A stretch of DNA of 64,000 nt. Origin: an uncultured virus (IMG/VR IMGVR_UViG_3300033170_000477) (lineage: Duplodnaviria; Heunggongvirae; Uroviricota; Caudoviricetes). Made by a program: the position numbers and the translations under genes. Of the stretch, positions 47,575-57,856 are shown one piece after another. The first letter of the stretch is position 1. Each line of letters begins with the position of its first letter. The stretch lies in IMG/VR virus record IMGVR_UViG_3300033170_000477. One strand, written 5' to 3'. The notes beneath the pieces are model-generated. The model saw nothing but the letters and a program-made list of their open reading frames with translations, was not told where the DNA came from and did not search any database.

Positions 47575-49992
47575 ATGTTAGGAGCTATTATCGGGGATAT
47601 CGTGGGTTCCCGTTTTGAATGGAATAATAACAAGAGTAAGCAATTTGATTTATTAACTTATAAATGTAGTGTTACCGATGATTCCATAATGACTTTAGCT
47701 ATAGCTAAAGCGCTGTTAGAAAGCAAGTCGGATTATAGTGACTTATCCGAAAATGCTGTAAAATACATGCAGAATATCGGACAACACTACCCAAACTGTG
47801 GGTATGGTGGGCATTTCAGAGAATGGATATATTCTGACAATCCAAAACCATATAACAGCTATGGTAATGGGGCAGCGATGCGTGTCAGTGCATGTGGATT
47901 CGTAGCAAATACCCTGGAAGAAGTGAAACAACTATCAAAAGCTGTGACAGAAGTAACACACAATCATCCTGAGGGGATAAAGGGTGCAGAGGCAACAGCT
48001 GTTGCTATCTTCCTGGCGCGTTCTGGAAAGAATTTGCTAGAGATTCGCGACTATATAACAAAGAATTATTACCCGTTGAATTTTTCCCTTGATGAAATAC
48101 GTGATAATTATGAGTTTAATGAGAGCTGTCAGGGAACTGTTCCTCAAGCCTTGGAAGCTTTCTTCGAGTCGAAAAATTTTGAAGATGCAATTCGTAACGC
48201 CATATCAATTGGTGGCGATAGCGATACCCTTGCAGCTATTACAGGTGGTATCGCAGGAGTTTACTATGGAATACCTACAGATATTAGAAAACATGCTCTG
48301 ACCTTCCTTGACGAGCGCCTACTTAAGATTTTGGTAGAGTTTGAAAATAATTATCCATCAAAGATGGAAAAAATCAATTCAGTCGGTAGTATTGGCATCG
48401 AAAGAAATGCAGAGACCAAAGTGAAGACAGGGAATAGAAAAACTATGATGCAGTCCTCTGTAGAAATAGCAGAGAAAGAACTAATTGATTCGATTCCTAC
48501 AAATGAAGAGACGACAAGCCAGCAACTATTTAATCATCTATTCGAGGCTTGTAATATTCTGCGAGGACCAATAAACCAAGATGAGTATAAAAGTTATGTG
48601 ACTCCAATCCTCTTTTTTAAGAGAATTAGTGATGTTTATGACGAAGAAACTCAAGATGCACTTGAGCGCTCTGGTGGAGATGAGGAGTATGCTAGATTTC
48701 CCGAGAACCACAGTTTTGATATTCCTGTGGGATGCCACTGGCAAAATGTCAGGGAAGCAAGTGAAAATGTTGGTGTTGCAATCGTCAAAGCAATGAATGG
48801 TATTGAGCGTGCTAACCCAGATACTTTAAGTGGTGTGTTCAGTAGCTTTGATGATGCTAATTGGACTGACAAAACTAAACTCTCAGACGAGAGACTAAAA
48901 AATTTAATAGAACATATGTCAAAAATTAAAGTTGGTAATGCGAATTACTCAGCTGATGTTATGGGAGATAGTTATGAATTTCTGATTAAGAAATTTGCTG
49001 ATTTATCAAAAAAGAATGCTGGTGAATTTTATACCCCACGCTCCATTGTCAAACTTCTCATCATGCTTCTGGATCCAAAGATTGGTGAAACAGTCTATGA
49101 TCCAGCTTGTGGAACTGGAGGAATGCTAATAGAAGCCATACGGTACATGAAAAACGATAAAATGACGTATGGCCGAATATATGGTCAGGAGAATAATCTA
49201 TCTACATCTGCAATTGCTAGAATGAATTTGTTTTTGCATGGTGCAAAGGATTTTAAGATTACACAAGGTGATACACTGCGTTCTCCTAATTTTCTTGAGA
49301 AAGGTAAATTAAAAACTTTCAATTGCGTTGTAGCGAATCCTCCCTTTTCGTTGAAAAAATGGGGTTCACAACAATTTAGCACAGATATATATGGTCGAAA
49401 CATGTGGGGAACCCCAACTGACTCCAATGCTGATTTTGCATGGCTGCAACACATGGTGAAGTCGATGGACGAAAAAACCGGCCGTTGTGCTGTTGTTTTA
49501 CCACAAGGTGTACTATTCCGTGGGGGTAGAGAAGCAGAAATTCGCAAACAACTGATTGAATCAGACAAGCTGGAATGCATTATTACACTGGTAAGCGGCG
49601 TGTTCTATTCAACTGGAGTATCAGCTTGTATTCTTTTTCTAAACAATAACAAGAAAAATGATCATAAAGGTCGTATATGCATGATCGATGGTTCTGATAT
49701 ATTCACAGCACAACGAGCACAAAATATAATGACCGACAATGACATAGAGAAGGTCTACAATTTGTATGACGATTATAAAGATGTTATTGAAAAAGTAAAA
49801 GTGGTCACGATTCCCGAAGTGAAAGACAAGGGCTATAGTCTAGCGATCAATAATTATATTGAAAGAAAAGAACAAGAAATTACTCCTCCAGCTGAAATAA
49901 GAAAACAGTATTTTGATGCACTTGAAAAAATGATTGAGGCTGAAAAAATAATGATGGAATTATTGCTTGAAGGAGGATATGTCAATGAGTAA
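47575..49992 (+). CDS. hsdM: ADP-ribosylglycohydrolase (DraG/ARH) fused to Type I MTase subunit M1
   Basis: ARH motifs GAIIGDIVG, TDDS, GNGAAMR, GGDSDT; HsdM motifs GEFYTP, DPACGTGG, NPPF. Confidence 0.9.
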   Translation: MLGAIIGDIVGSRFEWNNNKSKQFDLLTYKCSVTDDSIMTLAIAKALLESKSDYSDLSENAVKYMQNIGQHYPNCGYGGHFREWIYSDNPKPYNSYGNGAAMRVSACGFVANTLEEVKQLSKAVTEVTHNHPEGIKGAEATAVAIFLARSGKNLLEIRDYITKNYYPLNFSLDEIRDNYEFNESCQGTVPQALEAFFESKNFEDAIRNAISIGGDSDTLAAITGGIAGVYYGIPTDIRKHALTFLDERLLKILVEFENNYPSKMEKINSVGSIGIERNAETKVKTGNRKTMMQSSVEIAEKELIDSIPTNEETTSQQLFNHLFEACNILRGPINQDEYKSYVTPILFFKRISDVYDEETQDALERSGGDEEYARFPENHSFDIPVGCHWQNVREASENVGVAIVKAMNGIERANPDTLSGVFSSFDDANWTDKTKLSDERLKNLIEHMSKIKVGNANYSADVMGDSYEFLIKKFADLSKKNAGEFYTPRSIVKLLIMLLDPKIGETVYDPACGTGGMLIEAIRYMKNDKMTYGRIYGQENNLSTSAIARMNLFLHGAKDFKITQGDTLRSPNFLEKGKLKTFNCVVANPPFSLKKWGSQQFSTDIYGRNMWGTPTDSNADFAWLQHMVKSMDEKTGRCAVVLPQGVLFRGGREAEIRKQLIESDKLECIITLVSGVFYSTGVSACILFLNNNKKNDHKGRICMIDGSDIFTAQRAQNIMTDNDIEKVYNLYDDYKDVIEKVKVVTIPEVKDKGYSLAINNYIERKEQEITPPAEIRKQYFDALEKMIEAEKIMMELLLEGGYVNE

Positions 49993-51481
49993 TCGCATTA
50001 CAATAGATGAATTGCAAACATATTTATGGGATTCAGCTGTTCTTCTTCGTTCTAGTATAGATGCAGGAGCTTATAAACAATACATTTTCCCGCTGCTTTT
50101 CTTTAAAAGAATCAGCGATGTTTATGACGAAGAGTGTCAAAAAATTCTAGAGCAATTTGGCGATGAAGAAGCCTTAGAGTTTGAAGAAAATCACCGGTTT
50201 CAGGTACCCAAAGGTGCTCATTGGAATGATGTTCGTGAAGTTTCTGAGAATGTAGGTGTTGCTATAGTAAGTGCATTTCGTAAGATCGAAAAAGCAAACG
50301 CTGATAAACTACAAGGAATTTTTGGAGATGCTGCTTGGACAAATAAGAATCGTTTGTCAGACAGACTTCTAAAAGAATTAATAGAACATTTCAGCAGTAG
50401 AACATTGTCTATTGAAAATTGTCCAGAGGACGAACTAGGACAGGGATACGAGTACCTAATCAAGAAGTTTGCCGACGATAGTGGGCATACCGCTCAAGAA
50501 TTCTATACAAATCGTACCGTAGTTCATCTTATGACTGAAATCTTGAGACCTCAGTCAGGTGAATCAATTTATGATCCAACGTGCGGTAGTGCAGGTATGC
50601 TAATCTCCGCGATAGCCTATTTGCAAAAACAAAAAAAAGAATGGCGTAATGTTGCTATTTATGGGCAGGAAATAAATGCTTTAACTTCATCGATTGGCAA
50701 AATGAACTTATTTTTGCATGGTGTGAAGGACTTTGAAATTGTAAATGGAGATACGTTAAAATCACCGGCTTTTATTGAGAAAGGAAAGTTGAAAGAATTT
50801 GACATGGTTCTTGCCAATCCTCCCTACTCTATTAGTCAGTGGGACAGAGAAGCCTTTGCTAGCGATAAATATGGACGTAATTTCCTAGGTGTTCCTCCTC
50901 AAGGTCGAGCAGATTATGCTTTTTTACAACATATTCTGAAGAGTTTGAAAGAAGACACTGGACGTTGTGCGATATTATTCCCACATGGCATATTGTTTCG
51001 TAATGAGGAAAGTAGTATGCGAGAAAAATTAGTTAGAAGCGATATGCTTGAATGTGTGATAGGTTTAGGTCCCAACCTGTTTTATAATTCACCAATGGAG
51101 GCTTGCATAATTATATGTCGTAAAAATAAGCCTGCAAACCGTCGTGGCCAGGTTTTATTTATAAATGCAGTAGATGAGGTTGAGAGAAAAAATGCACAGA
51201 GTTATCTGGAAGATAAACATATTGAGAAGATAGCATCAGCATACAACAAATATGAAACAGATAATGATTTTGCACGCGTTGTCTCAATTCGTGATATCGA
51301 AGATAACAATTTCTCGCTCAGTATTCCACTTTATGTTAAAAAGACCATGCCTGGGGCAGAAACTGACGAACGTTCTCTTCAAGAGCGTTATGAAAGTTGG
51401 AGAACACACTCGGAAATTATGAAACTTCGCTATATGAAATTAAGTGACATGATCGGAAAGGAGGATGAAAATAATGAGTGA
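49985..51481 (+). CDS. hsdM: Type I MTase subunit M2
   Basis: QEFYTN, DPTCGSAG, NPPY, PHGILFR. Confidence 0.92.
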   Translation: MSNRITIDELQTYLWDSAVLLRSSIDAGAYKQYIFPLLFFKRISDVYDEECQKILEQFGDEEALEFEENHRFQVPKGAHWNDVREVSENVGVAIVSAFRKIEKANADKLQGIFGDAAWTNKNRLSDRLLKELIEHFSSRTLSIENCPEDELGQGYEYLIKKFADDSGHTAQEFYTNRTVVHLMTEILRPQSGESIYDPTCGSAGMLISAIAYLQKQKKEWRNVAIYGQEINALTSSIGKMNLFLHGVKDFEIVNGDTLKSPAFIEKGKLKEFDMVLANPPYSISQWDREAFASDKYGRNFLGVPPQGRADYAFLQHILKSLKEDTGRCAILFPHGILFRNEESSMREKLVRSDMLECVIGLGPNLFYNSPMEACIIICRKNKPANRRGQVLFINAVDEVERKNAQSYLEDKHIEKIASAYNKYETDNDFARVVSIRDIEDNNFSLSIPLYVKKTMPGAETDERSLQERYESWRTHSEIMKLRYMKLSDMIGKEDENNE

Positions 51482-52601
51482 AGTATTCTTAGGAGAAGTT
51501 GCTAAAGAGCGAAAGGAAACTAGTAAAGAAAATAAAGGCAGGTATCCAATTGTGGGCTTAGAGCACTTGATTTCAGAAGAAATTACTCTAACAGACTGGG
51601 AAGAAAATAAGGAAAATTCTTTTACTAAGATCTTCCGAAAAGGAGATGTGCTTTTTGGACGTAGACGAGCTTATTTAAAGAAGGCTGTAGTTGCTCCTTT
51701 TGATGGCATTTGTTCCGGTGACATAACGGTAATTCAAGCTCTGCCAGATAAAATTCTACCTGAACTTTTACCTTTTATCATTCAAAATGATGCATTATTT
51801 GATTTTGCTATAGGTAAGTCAGCTGGTTCTTTATCACCCCGTGTTAAATGGGCGAATCTAAAGAACTTTAGGCTTGAGTTACCTGATTTAAAAGAACAAA
51901 GCAAGTTAGCTAGCCTATTATGGTCGATAGATAGCACTAAAAAGACCTATCAGAAGCTGATTCAAAAGACCGATGAGCTGGTCAAATCTCAATTTATCGA
52001 GATGTTTGATCAAGGAAATTGGCAAACAATCAAATTCTCTGATGCTTACACATTACAAATGGGAAAAACTCCATCACGTGCGCAGATGAAATATTGGTCT
52101 GCAAATGATTATCGATGGATATCTATTGCGGATCTGAGTTCATATGGGAAATATACAGGTGATACAAAAGAATATATTTCACAGACTGCAGTTGATGAAA
52201 CGGGTATCAAGGTTACCCCGAAAGGCACCGTAATAATGAGTTTCAAACTCACAATTGGGATAGCAGCTATTACTTCAGAGGATATATATACCAATGAAGC
52301 AATTATGGCATTCATCCCACGCCAGTCGGACATTAGTACAGATTTTCTACGTTACTATTTAAGTGTCAAAGATTGGTCTGATGAGGGAAAACAAGCTGTA
52401 AAAGGAACCACCTTAAACAAAAATTCAATAGGTAATGCTACCATCATCGTACCACCAGCAGAGCTTCAAGAGCAATTTGTGATCTTTGCTAATCAGAGCG
52501 ATAAATCAAAATTTGTAAGTGATACAGAGGTACGAGATTTTAGACTCTTGAGCAACTTGATTCGCAATTATAACAATATGAATGTCAAAGATGGAAATTA
52601 A
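51474..52601 (+). CDS. hsdS: Type I specificity subunit
   Basis: Two TRDs separated by ELVKSQFIEMF; GKTPSR; QSDKSKF. Confidence 0.9.
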   Translation: MSEVFLGEVAKERKETSKENKGRYPIVGLEHLISEEITLTDWEENKENSFTKIFRKGDVLFGRRRAYLKKAVVAPFDGICSGDITVIQALPDKILPELLPFIIQNDALFDFAIGKSAGSLSPRVKWANLKNFRLELPDLKEQSKLASLLWSIDSTKKTYQKLIQKTDELVKSQFIEMFDQGNWQTIKFSDAYTLQMGKTPSRAQMKYWSANDYRWISIADLSSYGKYTGDTKEYISQTAVDETGIKVTPKGTVIMSFKLTIGIAAITSEDIYTNEAIMAFIPRQSDISTDFLRYYLSVKDWSDEGKQAVKGTTLNKNSIGNATIIVPPAELQEQFVIFANQSDKSKFVSDTEVRDFRLLSNLIRNYNNMNVKDGN

Positions 52602-52625
52602 ACTTAATGATAGGAGGGAATATTT

Positions 52626-55535
52626 ATGTTTAACGAAGACAATACAATTGAAAAAATGGTGATCTCAACACTAACCAAAAACGGGTGGAATTTTATCTCA
52701 GCTGATGATTTACCACGGGACTTTTCGGATGTGATGGTGGAACCGATGGTTAAAGAAGCGCTAATTCGTTTGAATCCTGAAATAGCGGAAGAACCATCTC
52801 GTGCTGATGAAGTCATTTATAAATTACGTGCAATTATACTTTCAGTGCAGCATCATAACCTAATAACTCAAAATGAACTTTTTCAAAGAATGATTTTTGA
52901 AGAAAATTCATATCCTTTTGGCAAAAATGGCCGAATGATACCGATCCGTTTTTTTGGCACAATGAAAAAAGAAGATTTAGTACTTAATGAATATGTCGTT
53001 ACTAATCAATGGATTTATCCTCAGGCCGAAGGTGGAAAGAGACTTGATATTGTTTTGCTGGTTAATGGTTTCCCAATTTCAATCGGAGAATTAAAGACCC
53101 CGGTGCGCAATGCTATAACCTGGTTAGACGCTGCAAGTGATATTTCATCGTATGAAAAGAGTATTCCTCAGATGTTTGTAACTAATGTATTTAATTTTGC
53201 TACTGAGGGTAGATGCTATCGCTATGGTTCGGTTGGCATGCCAGTTAATATGTGGGGCCCATGGCATACTCCTGACCATAAGTCAGAGGGTAGCCTCGCT
53301 GATGTTAAAGTTAGCATAGCTGATATGATTACTCCTGAGAAGGTTATGGATATTTTTCAGTTTTTCACTCTCTTTGCTACAGATAAGAAACATGTTAAAT
53401 ACAAAATAATTTGCCGTTACCAGCAGTATGAAGGTGCTAACCTTATTGTACAACGTGTTATTGCGGGCTATCCAAAGCAAGGTCTTATCTGGCACTTTCA
53501 GGGTTCTGGTAAATCGTTGCTAATGGTATTTGCAGCACAAAAAATTCGCATGATCCCCGAACTTAAGAATCCTACTGTGGTAATAGTTGATGATCGACTT
53601 GATCTTGAAACTCAGATAACTGCAACATTTAATGCTTCGGATATTCCAAACCTAGTATCACTTGCGACTAAGGAAGAAGTTGAAAACTTTTTTAAGCAAG
53701 ATATTCGTAAAATTGCAATAACGACTATTTTCCGATTTGGTGATGTCGAAGATGTTCTTAATCTTAGAGATAACATAATCATTATGGTTGATGAAGCACA
53801 TAGAACTCAAGAAGGTGACCTCGGTGAAAGGATGCGTGCAGCACTTCCAAATGCTTTCTTCTTTGGACTTACCGGTACTCCAATTAATCGTATTGATAAG
53901 AATACTTTCCGTACATTTGGTGCAACGGAAGATAAGAGCGGATATTTGAGTCGATATACTTTCTCGGATTCCATCAGAGACAATGCAACTCTACCCTTGA
54001 ACTTTGAGCCAGTTCCAGTCGAGCTTCATGTTGATAAGGATAAAATAGATACAGAATTTGATGCCTTAACTGAGACGCTCTCAGATGCAGATCGTGCTGA
54101 GCTTTCAAAACGTGTAAATATGAAAGCCATCATGTATGATCCAAAACGTATACACAAGGTTTGCGAACACATTGTAAAACATTATAAAGAAAAAATAGAG
54201 CCTAACGGGTATAAAGGACAGATCGTTGTATACGACCGTGAGTGCTGTCTTAAGTATAAGGAAGAGCTAGATAAGCTGCTCCCTCATGAAGCAACAACGA
54301 TAGTAATGGATACCAATAACGATAAGGAAGATCGATATAGAAAATTTCGTCGCAGCCGTGATGAAGAAGCAAGAGTCCTTGATCATTTCCGTGATAAGAA
54401 TAACCCTCTTAAGTTAGTTATTGTTACATCAAAGCTATTAACGGGTTTTGACGCGCCAATTCTTCAAGCAATGTATTTAGATAAGCCAATGAAGGACCAT
54501 AACCTTCTGCAAGCCATCTGCCGTACAAACCGTACTTTTGATGAAGGTAAAACCCATGGATTAATTGTAGACTACATTGGTATTTTTGATAATGTTGCTA
54601 AGGCGTTGGACTTTGATGAAGCTAGCATGAAAAAAGTTATCACAAATATTGAAGAAGTCAAGAAGCAGGTTCCTGCACTTCTCAGAAAATGCCTAAGTTA
54701 CTTTATGGGCGTTGACCGTACCGTAGTAGGTTGGGAAGGTTTACTTGCAGCTCAGGAGTGTATTCCAACAAATAAAGATAAAGATGCATTTGCTGCAGAT
54801 TATCATGTTCTAAATAGAGCATGGGATGCTCTGTCCCCTGATCCATTTCTTGATAAGTACAAGTTTGACTATGTATGGCTAACAAAAGTCTACGAGTCAG
54901 TGAAACCCACGGATAATCGCGGTGCTCTCGTTTGGGCTGCTCTTGGCGCCAAAACAATGGAATTAGTTCACTCTAATATCGAAGTTGGCAGGGTTCATGA
55001 TGATATGGATATTTTAACGCTTGATGCGGATCTAATTGACGAATTTATTCGTAAGCAGAAAGATGTTAAAAAGACAACTATGAAGGTAGAAATAGACTTA
55101 GTTGCCAAAATTCGCGAACATTCTAACGATCCAAAGTTTATTAAGCTGGGAGAGAAGCTCGAAGAGCTTCGTGAACGCCACGAACAAGGGTTAATTAATA
55201 GTATTGAGTTCTTGAAGCTCCTACTTGAACTTGCAAAAGAAGCTGCTCAAGCAGAAAAGGAAGTTGTCCCGGAAGAAGAAATTGATCGTGGGAAAGCAGC
55301 ACTCACAGAACTCTTTAAAGGTGCTAAGAACGACAAAACACCCATCATTGTTGAACGCATTGTTGCTGATATTGATGACATTGTAAAGATTGTACGATTC
55401 GATGGATGGCAAAGAACAACTACCGGAAAAAATGAAGTGAAAAAGGCACTTCGTAGTGTTATCTGGATTAAATACAAGATTAAAGACAAAGAAGTTTTCG
55501 ATAAAGCTTATAGCTACATCGAGCAATATTATTAG
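52626..55535 (+). CDS. hsdR: Type I restriction subunit
   Basis: D.VLLVNG.P...ELK nuclease, WHFQGSGKS, DEAHR, GLTGTP, QAICRTNR. Confidence 0.95.
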   Translation: MFNEDNTIEKMVISTLTKNGWNFISADDLPRDFSDVMVEPMVKEALIRLNPEIAEEPSRADEVIYKLRAIILSVQHHNLITQNELFQRMIFEENSYPFGKNGRMIPIRFFGTMKKEDLVLNEYVVTNQWIYPQAEGGKRLDIVLLVNGFPISIGELKTPVRNAITWLDAASDISSYEKSIPQMFVTNVFNFATEGRCYRYGSVGMPVNMWGPWHTPDHKSEGSLADVKVSIADMITPEKVMDIFQFFTLFATDKKHVKYKIICRYQQYEGANLIVQRVIAGYPKQGLIWHFQGSGKSLLMVFAAQKIRMIPELKNPTVVIVDDRLDLETQITATFNASDIPNLVSLATKEEVENFFKQDIRKIAITTIFRFGDVEDVLNLRDNIIIMVDEAHRTQEGDLGERMRAALPNAFFFGLTGTPINRIDKNTFRTFGATEDKSGYLSRYTFSDSIRDNATLPLNFEPVPVELHVDKDKIDTEFDALTETLSDADRAELSKRVNMKAIMYDPKRIHKVCEHIVKHYKEKIEPNGYKGQIVVYDRECCLKYKEELDKLLPHEATTIVMDTNNDKEDRYRKFRRSRDEEARVLDHFRDKNNPLKLVIVTSKLLTGFDAPILQAMYLDKPMKDHNLLQAICRTNRTFDEGKTHGLIVDYIGIFDNVAKALDFDEASMKKVITNIEEVKKQVPALLRKCLSYFMGVDRTVVGWEGLLAAQECIPTNKDKDAFAADYHVLNRAWDALSPDPFLDKYKFDYVWLTKVYESVKPTDNRGALVWAALGAKTMELVHSNIEVGRVHDDMDILTLDADLIDEFIRKQKDVKKTTMKVEIDLVAKIREHSNDPKFIKLGEKLEELRERHEQGLINSIEFLKLLLELAKEAAQAEKEVVPEEEIDRGKAALTELFKGAKNDKTPIIVERIVADIDDIVKIVRFDGWQRTTTGKNEVKKALRSVIWIKYKIKDKEVFDKAYSYIEQYY

Positions 55536-55549
55536 TAGGAGGTCTGCCT

Positions 55550-57463
55550 ATGAAACAATATGCATCGTTTGAAAAGTATCTTGAAGACAAATATTATAAT
55601 GATATTCACCGTGCTATCACCGGCCTCATATTTAAAAGAGGCCGGAATAACGGGTTTTATTCTTATACAGTTTTAGATCCTTCTTACTTTCAGGTAGAGG
55701 ATATACATATAAAAACTGTATCTTTCCACTCTACAGATGGAAGCAGGATTATTTTCAATGCAGCAGTTGAGGCAGATGTTATCCTAAAAGGAATGGGAAA
55801 GAGAGATTATGATGCTGATATAAAAAACCCTTGGTACACGGTCTCTTTTACTGGTTATTTAAGTGATGGTCTTAATATGGTTACCATTACGGATGTTGAT
55901 GACTATTTCGCCGATAAGTTTGATAAGAATACAACATTATCAAAATATTTGATTCCTTACCTTTATTCAGAGGACTTAGAAAAGGAAGCGGAAAAATTCC
56001 TTTACAAATACTGTAGACAAGCGCTAAATGAACCTATGCCTATTCCCCTCGATGAACTCATGTTTAATATGGGACTAGTGCTTTATGAGGCCCCGCTCCC
56101 AGATAATATATTTGGCAAAACTTATTTTGCAGAATCAACAGTTGATATATTCAACGAGGAATATGAAGTAGTAAAACAGACCGTTGAGCCAGGAACAATC
56201 CTTTTAAATCCGAACATTTTCTTCATGCGGAATATAGGATCTCGTAATAATACAGTTGTACATGAATGTGTGCATTGGGACCGTCATGATAAGTTTTTTG
56301 AAATGCAGAAGTTGTTAAATAGTAATCTGACTTCTTTAACATGTGAGATTACTGAGCAAAGAGGGCTTAAGAATAATGGGATTGAAGGTGCGCTTCAGTG
56401 GATGGAATGGCAAGCTAATGCTTTGACTCCTCGCATTCTACTACCTGCAAACACCACAAGAAAAAAACTAAAAGAAATATTGCTACGTCTACATATTGAA
56501 AATTCAGAGAGATCTGATTCAGATATTATGGAAGAGGCAATCGAAGAGTTGGCAGATTTTTTTGCAGTTTCAAAGTTTGCAGCAAAACTCCGCGCCATCG
56601 AACTTGGCTTTTCGCAGGCACAAGGGGTTTGGAATTATCTAAACGGCACCTATTTACCTAGTTTTTCATTTAAGGCAACTGCTCTCAATAAGGATGAAAG
56701 TTATATCATCGATATAAGAAATGCCTGTTATGAGGCAAGTTTTGATGTCAGCTTTAAAGCTAACCTTGAGAAAGGCGACTTTATTTATGTTGACTATATG
56801 TACTGTATCAATGATGAAAAATACGTAGAAAAATCTGCAGATGGGAAATGCGCCCTAACATCTTATGCTAGACAGCATGTCGATGAATGTTGTATTAAAT
56901 TTAAGCAAAAATTTAAAATAACAAAAACACAAGGCGATGCCTATTATACTCAATGTTCCCTTTGCAGAGATATAGATGCATCTTCTTATTGTGAATGTAC
57001 TTACATTGAAGATGAAGATAATCAAGACGTAGTACAGCGTGCAATAGAATTGAAAAAACTAAAAGAAGAAGGAGAACGCATTACAGGAATATTACGATCA
57101 CTACCGATGTCTTTTTCAGGGACTCTGGATGCCCATATGAAGCGTCTTAAAAAAGAAGATGGTACAAAGATGACTAATCTTGAGTTAGCGCTTAGAACAG
57201 GATTAAGTGATCGATATATTCAAGACCTTCGCAAAGAAGAAAAAAATGTAAGTTATGAAACTGTCTGTGCCATTTGTATTGGGCTTCACCTACATCCCAA
57301 ATTCAGTAACGATCTCATTAAGAAATCACGCAATGATTATCCATTAACAGAAGAAGGTTACTTTGGTCAATTTCTCATCGAACATCACTATATGGAAACA
57401 CTAGTTTTATGTAATGAAAAGTTAAGAGAAATGGGCTATAAAACGTGGGGCAAGGATTTATAA
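55550..57463 (+). CDS. ImmA/IrrE-family metallopeptidase with C-terminal HTH
   Basis: VVHECVH (HExxH), EWQANAL..RILLP; HTH MTNLELALRTGLSDRYIQDLR. Confidence 0.82.
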   Translation: MKQYASFEKYLEDKYYNDIHRAITGLIFKRGRNNGFYSYTVLDPSYFQVEDIHIKTVSFHSTDGSRIIFNAAVEADVILKGMGKRDYDADIKNPWYTVSFTGYLSDGLNMVTITDVDDYFADKFDKNTTLSKYLIPYLYSEDLEKEAEKFLYKYCRQALNEPMPIPLDELMFNMGLVLYEAPLPDNIFGKTYFAESTVDIFNEEYEVVKQTVEPGTILLNPNIFFMRNIGSRNNTVVHECVHWDRHDKFFEMQKLLNSNLTSLTCEITEQRGLKNNGIEGALQWMEWQANALTPRILLPANTTRKKLKEILLRLHIENSERSDSDIMEEAIEELADFFAVSKFAAKLRAIELGFSQAQGVWNYLNGTYLPSFSFKATALNKDESYIIDIRNACYEASFDVSFKANLEKGDFIYVDYMYCINDEKYVEKSADGKCALTSYARQHVDECCIKFKQKFKITKTQGDAYYTQCSLCRDIDASSYCECTYIEDEDNQDVVQRAIELKKLKEEGERITGILRSLPMSFSGTLDAHMKRLKKEDGTKMTNLELALRTGLSDRYIQDLRKEEKNVSYETVCAICIGLHLHPKFSNDLIKKSRNDYPLTEEGYFGQFLIEHHYMETLVLCNEKLREMGYKTWGKDL

Positions 57464-57484
57464 AAAAGTAAAAAATAATTAGAC

Positions 57485-57596
57485 CAAAACCGGAACTCTT
57501 ACTTCTGGTTTTGATTACGTAATTGCAAGGCTTTATGACCAGTAATGGTTGTAAAGCCTTTTTTTTACGCTCAAAAACCGGAACTCGCAGTTCTGC
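57485..57596 (+). promoter_or_regulatory. Two operator-like sites flanking a terminator
   Basis: AAAACCGGAACTC at 57486 and 57574, each in a GAAC-N5-(G/C)TTC dyad; terminator AAGGCTTTATGACC/GGTTGTAAAGCCTT plus T tract at 57527-57566. Confidence 0.55.
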
Positions 57597-57656
57597 GAAG
57601 GAAATCTTGTTTCAAATTATGATGTTAATAGAAGCTGAAAACTTCTAATAAACCAG

Positions 57657-57856
57657 TCTCAAAGTCCGAGATGCGCATTAGGACGGCGGGATGCATAGAG
57701 AGTTCAGAACACAGTGATAGAGACTGTGTTTGGAATGAAGATGCACCCACCGTAATTTCGTGCGCTCTTTTTTAGGACAAGCGAAGTTTGTGGTCATCTT
57801 ATCCGCAGGCTCTTTTGCATTCCGCCACCCATTACTGGGACGGAAAGGAATGCAAA
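57657..57856 (+). ncRNA. Putative structured leader RNA (copy 2)
   Basis: Homolog of 341-540; 11-bp stem TTTTGCATTCC/GGAATGCAAAA covers the RBS region and start A. Confidence 0.6.

Noticed and set aside
57485..57596. LexA (Cheo) boxes
   Set aside because: Spacer is N5, not the GAAC-N4-GTTC consensus
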